In this document: piece after piece, positions 58,901 to 64,000 of the stretch
Position numbering within the stretch: the first letter of the stretch is position 1
Layout of the letters: the number at the start of each line of letters is the position of its first letter
Assembly (NCBI RefSeq): GCF_009914755.1
Contig: NC_060938.1
Length of the DNA stretch: 64,000 nt
Source: the human T2T-CHM13v2.0 reference genome, Homo sapiens
Strand: one strand, 5' to 3'
Notes under the pieces: model-generated
Seen by the model: the letters and a program-made list of their open reading frames with translations, nothing else
What the model was told of the DNA's origin: nothing
Database searches by the model: none
Made by a program: the position numbers and the translations under genes

Positions 58901-61900
58901 CCTAGGTTCAAGCAATTCTCCTGCCTCAGCCTCCCTGAGAAGCTGGGATTACAAGCATATACCACCACACTCAGCTAATTTTTTTTGTAGTTTTAGTAGA
59001 GACAAGGTTTCACCTTATTGGCCAGGCTGGTCTCAAACTCTTGACCTCAGGTGATATGCCTGCCTCAGCCTCCCAGAGTGCTGGGATTACAGGGTTGAGC
59101 CAACGCACCTGGCTTTCTAGTGTCTATTTGATTCTTCTCTCTTTTCTTTTTTTATAGTCTGGCTAGCATTCTATTAATTTTGTTAGTCTTTTCAAAAAAC
59201 CACCTCCTGGATTCATTGATTTTTCGAAGGACTTTTCGTGTCTCTATATCCTTCATTTCTGCTTTGATCTTAGTTATTTATTGTCTTCTGGTAGGTTTTG
59301 AATTTGTTTGCTCTTGCTTCTCTAGTTCTTTTAAATTGTGATGTTAGGGTGTCAATTTTAGATCTTTCCTGCTTTCTCCCGTGGGCATTTAGTGCTATAA
59401 ATTTCCTTCTAAACACTGCTTTAGCTGTGTCCCAGAGATTCTGGTACGTTGTGTCTTTGTTCTCATTGGTTTCAAAGAACTTACTTATTTCTGCCTTAAT
59501 TTCATTATTTACCCAGTTGTCATTCAGGAGTGAGTTGTTCAGTTTCCATGTAGTTGTGTGGTTTTGAGCGAGTTTCTTAATCCTGAGCTCTAATTTGATT
59601 GTACTGTGGTCTGAGAGATTGTTTGTTTTGATTTCTATTCCTTTTCATTTGCTGAGGAGTATTTTACTTCTATTTATGTGGTCAATTTTAGAATAAGTGT
59701 GATGTGGTGCTGAGAAGAATGTATATTCTGTTGATTTGGAGTGGAGAGTTTTGTAGATGTTTATTAGGTCCACTTGGTCCAGAGCTGAGGTCAAGCCCTG
59801 AATATCCTTGTTCATTTTCTGTCTCGTTGATGCATCTAATATTGACATTGGGGTGTTAAAGTTTCCCACTATTATTGTGTGAGAGTCTAAGTCTCTGTAG
59901 GTCTCTAAGAACTTGCTTTATGAATCTGGGTGCTCCTGTATTGGGTGCATATATATTTAGGACAGTTAGCTCTTTTTGTTGCATTGATCCCTTTACTATT
60001 ATCTAATGCCCTTGTTTGTCTTTTTAGATCTTTGTTGGTTTAAAGTCTGTTTTATCAGAGACTAGGATTGCAACTCCTTCTCTTGTTTTGCTTTCCATTT
60101 GCTTGGTAAATATTCCTCCATCCTTTTAATTTGAGCCTATGTGTGTCTTTGCATGTGGGATGGGTATCCTGAATACAGCAAACCGTTGTGTCTTGACTCT
60201 TTATCCAATGTGCCAGTCTGTGTCTTTTAATTTGAGCATTTAGCACGTTTACATTTAAGGTTAATATTGATATGTGTGAATTTGATTCTGTCATTATGAT
60301 GCTAGCTGGTTATTTTACCCATTAGTTGATGCAGTTTCTTCATAGTGTCTATGGTCTTTACAATTTAGTATATTTTTGCAGTGACTGGTACAGTTTATTC
60401 TTTTCATGTTGTTTGAGGAGTATCTTTGTGGTGTTCTCTGTATTTCCTGAATTTGAATGTTGGCCTGTCTTGCTAGGTTGGCAGAAGTTCTCCTGGATAA
60501 TCTACTGAAGAGTGTTTTCCAACTTGGTTCCATTCTCCCCATCACTTTCAGGTACACGAATTAAACATAGGTTTGGTCTTTTCAAGTCCCATATTTCTTG
60601 GAGGCTTTTTTTGTTCCTTTTCATTCTTTTTTCTCTTATCTTGTCTTCACGCTTTATTTCATTAGGTTGATCTTCGATCTCTGATATCCTTTCTTCCACT
60701 TGATCATTTCAGCTATTCATACTTGTGTATGCTTCACGAAGTTCTCGTGCTGTGTTTTTCAGCTCCATCAGGTCACTTATGTTCTTCTCTAAACTGGTTA
60801 TTCTAGTTAGTATTTCCTCTAACCTTTTTTCAAGGTTCTTAGCTTTTCTGAATTGGGTTAGAACATGCTCCTTTAGCTCAGAGAAGATTGTTATTACCCA
60901 CCTTCTGAAGCCTACTACTGTCAATTTGTCAAACTCATTCTCTGTCCAGTTTTGTTTCCTTGCTGGAGAGGAGTTGTGATCCTTTGGAGGAGAAGAGGCA
61001 TTCTGGTTTTTGCAATTTTCAGCCTTTTTGTGCTGTTTTTTTGTTTTTTTTTTTTCCCTCATCTTCATGGATTTATCTACCTTTGATCTCTGATGTTGGT
61101 GATCTTCGGATGAGGTTTTTGTGTGGACATCTCTTTTGTTGATGTTGATGCTATTCCTATTTGTTAGTTTTCCTTCTAACAGTCAGTCCCCTCTGGTGCA
61201 GGTCGGCTGGAGTTTGTTGGAGGTCCACTTCAGACCCTGTTTGCCTGAGTATCTCACCAGCGGAGGCTGCAGAACAGCAATGATTGCTGCCTGTTCCTTC
61301 CTCTGGAAGCTTTATCCCAGAGGGGCACCTGCCAGATGCCAGCCAGAGCTCTCCTGTATAAGGTGTTTGTCGACCCCTGCTGGGAGATGTCTCCCAGTCA
61401 GGAGGCACGGGGGTCAGGGACCCACTTGAGGAGGCAGTCTGTCCCTTAGCAGAGCTTGAGCACTGTGCTGGGAAATCTGCTGCTCTCTTCAGAGCTGGCA
61501 GGCAGGAATGTTTAAGTCTGCTGTAGCTGTGCCCACTGAGCCGTCCCTTCCCCCAGGTGCTCAGTGTTATAAATAAAACTCCCCAGGGAGATGGGAGTTT
61601 TATTTATAAGTCCCTAACTGGGGCTGCTGCCTTTCTTTCAGAGATGCCCTCCCCAGGGAGGAAGAATCTAGAGAGGAAGGCTGGCTACGGGAACTTTGCA
61701 GAGCTGTGGTGGGCTCTGCCCAGTTTGAACTTCCCTGCAGCTTTATTTACAATGTGAGGGGAAAACCACCTACTTAAGCCTCAGTAATGATGAACACCCC
61801 TCCCCGCACCAAGCATCCCAGGTGCTGTGCTGGCAGTGAGAATTTCAAGCCAGTGGATCTAAGCTTGCTGCGGTTCCGTTGGAGGGGGGGTGGGGTGGGA

Positions 61901-62400
61901 TCTGCTGATAGACCATTTGGCCCCTGGTGTCAGCCCCCTTTCCAGGGCAGTGAACGGTTCTGTCTTGCTGGCATTCCAGGCGCACATGGGGTATGAAAAA
62001 AAAACTCTTGCAGCTAGCTTGGTGTCTGCTCAAATAGCCACCCAGTTTTGTGCTTTAAACCCAGGATCCTGGTGGTGTAGGCACCCGAGGGAATCTCCTG
62101 GTCTGTGGATTGCAAAGACCATGGGAAAAGCATAGTATGTTGCCCACAATGCACCATTCCTCACGGCACAGTGCCTCATGGCTTCTCTTGGCTAGGGAAA
62201 GGAGTTCCCTGACGCCTTGTGCTTCCCAGGTGAGGCAACACCCCACCCAGCTTCTGCTCTCCATCTGTGGGCTGCACCCACTGTCTAACCAGTCCCAATG
62301 AGGTGAGCTGGGCACCTCAATTGGAAATGCAGAAATCACCCGCCTTCTGCATTGATCTCACTGGGAGCTACAGACCAGAGCTGTTCCTATTCAGCCAGCT
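55945..62400 (-). mobile_element. Near full-length LINE-1, L1PA7/8-like, dead; lacks poly(A), has an ORF1 deletion and a nested Alu
   Basis: 5' end gagctgttcctattcagcca at ~62397; long L1PA7/8-type 5'UTR; ORF1 and ORF2 fragments in the ORF track; RT motif reads FAEH. Confidence 0.95.
58798..59113 (-). mobile_element. Alu (AluS-like) inserted in L1 ORF2
   Basis: Complete antisense dimer; gtgtctat is duplicated on both sides and L1 resumes collinearly. Confidence 0.95.
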
Positions 62401-63909
62401 ACCTGATTTTTATATTTTTAAAGACATTCTTAAACTGTGCATTCCAAGACTGCTCAACCAACTCTTGTTGGCTGAGAATATAATGCATGCAACATAAAAA
62501 GAATAAAAATGAACTCCTCTAAAATATTTTCAGAAAAGTTGTTTGAATTGAATGATATGATGTTAAAAATGATGATCCGCTCTCCACTGGAGATTAGAGT
62601 GCAAGTCTGTGTGGTGCACAGGATATATTTAAATGAATGTTTGAATAAGTATTTCTGCAAAACCTCCTCTATAATTATCAAGATGCATTAAGTTTGTGCT
62701 ACTCCCAAACAATTTTTCGTCCTCTAAAATGCTCTAGCCTTTATGAGTTATTAAAGATACATATGTAATCAGACTATAAATAAAATAGGTTAGGATAAAT
62801 CATGCAGCTTTTCTTCCACCTCGTGTAACATTTTATCACTATGGTATGTGTCAAGACAGAAACTGCCTGAGGAAAAATGACAAATACTTCACTTCATGAT
62901 TAATCTTTTTGCCATTATAAATGTCTTTTTTAAATTAATGTTTTATTTTGTATCTAGAGTTTGTATTTATAAGAAACCTTTTGTATTTAATCAGATCAAT
63001 TTCTCATTGCTCTCCAAAAATACTCAATGCCTATTCACTTATTATATTTTCTTCTAAGCCAGCTTCTTCTTGAGAAGTTAGTTGAACTTCTGAGAAGCAG
63101 GAAGAAGAGTGATATTATTTCCTTTCCATTACTGCGCCATCCAATAAAGCCATAAATAAAAATCTAGTATTCAAATTCCAAAGAAAACTGAAGAAGGCAA
63201 CATGATCTGGTGGAAGTATATTCATGAATCTCTTAGGAGCTTGGCCTTGAGTGTAAACATGTCTTCAAGTCAGACTCTTTCAGTGAGGACAAGTTACATG
63301 GCCACCACGCACCACAGTAAGGGAGGCTGGGGAACAGGAACCGTCTGCTCTTGTGACTCCATTTATTTTTATAGCCTTCTTCTTACAGAATGATCACTCA
63401 CCCTCCTCCCCAAAAGAAACAATCCAAAGGCAAACTCCAGGATTTCAGGGTGATTCAAGACCAGTCTACCAGGTTTACATGTGATTCCTCATATGCTAGT
63501 GATTAGAACACAAATCAGCTGCTGCCCTAAACACACACATCCATACATTCATGCCTTGGCCTAGAAGTAGCATGTATCATTTTACCTACATGTCATTAAA
63601 GGATATAAAATATTCCATTTGACACTGAAAAATTTAGAAAGTTATTCAGCCAGTTGCTTTTCATAGCATGCACATGTTGAGAAGTATTTATTTTTGGTAT
63701 CATCTGACAAAACATCAAAATGATTAGCTAATATTTCCATTATTGTAGACATATATCATTGATTACATATACTCACATCTTTCTGCAATAGACTCTCTCT
63801 ATAGTACTTGCCTTTAAACACATATATCCTCACGCATTCTTCTGAAAGTACTTTAAGTATTTCAGTTCATTTAATTGGGTTATGTAAAATAATTAATGTG
63901 TGGCTAAAA

Positions 63910-63966
63910 TTTCTAGTGGCTGAAAGCTATTATAGTTTTCTAGTGGCTGAAAGCCATTATAGTTTT
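63910..63966. repeat. 28-bp tandem duplication (1 mismatch)
   Basis: tttctagtggctgaaagc(t/c)attatagtt, twice. Confidence 0.93.
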
Positions 63967-64000
63967 AATTGGCCTACCCTCACTAAGTTTTAAAACTATA

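Overview
This is AT-rich, gene-poor primate (ape/human-like) genomic DNA dominated by transposable elements; LINE-1 makes up roughly 40% by eye. It holds a full-length but dead L1PA3-type element (+, ~35.4-41.6 kb) and a near full-length L1PA7/8-type element (-, ~55.9-62.4 kb). There are also several truncated L1PA/L1M copies, six Alus, ERV/MaLR solo LTRs, DNA-transposon relics (MADE1, MER2, MER33, MER94), MIR/L2 relics and microsatellites. I see no intact host protein-coding gene, and almost every long ORF in the track is an L1 or Alu fragment. The only apparently intact L1 reading frame is the antisense ORF0 of the L1PA3 copy. I cannot support a novel multi-gene system. The best signals are three. 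(i) A recurring set of template-switch/fold-back footprints: a rebuilt MADE1 with perfect 49-bp arms, an 8-nt loop inversion and a 17-bp inverted insertion in L1 5'UTRs, a patchwork insertion in ORF2, and a 24-bp palindrome in a MIR. (ii) Clean retrotransposition footprints: a twin-priming inversion, a 36-bp Alu with TSD, and possible 3' transductions. (iii) A candidate TATA/ETS promoter with a spliced non-coding exon pair at 14.5-16.0 kb. Repeat subfamily calls and consensus comparisons are from recall and need RepeatMasker/Dfam confirmation; boundaries of old repeats are approximate.
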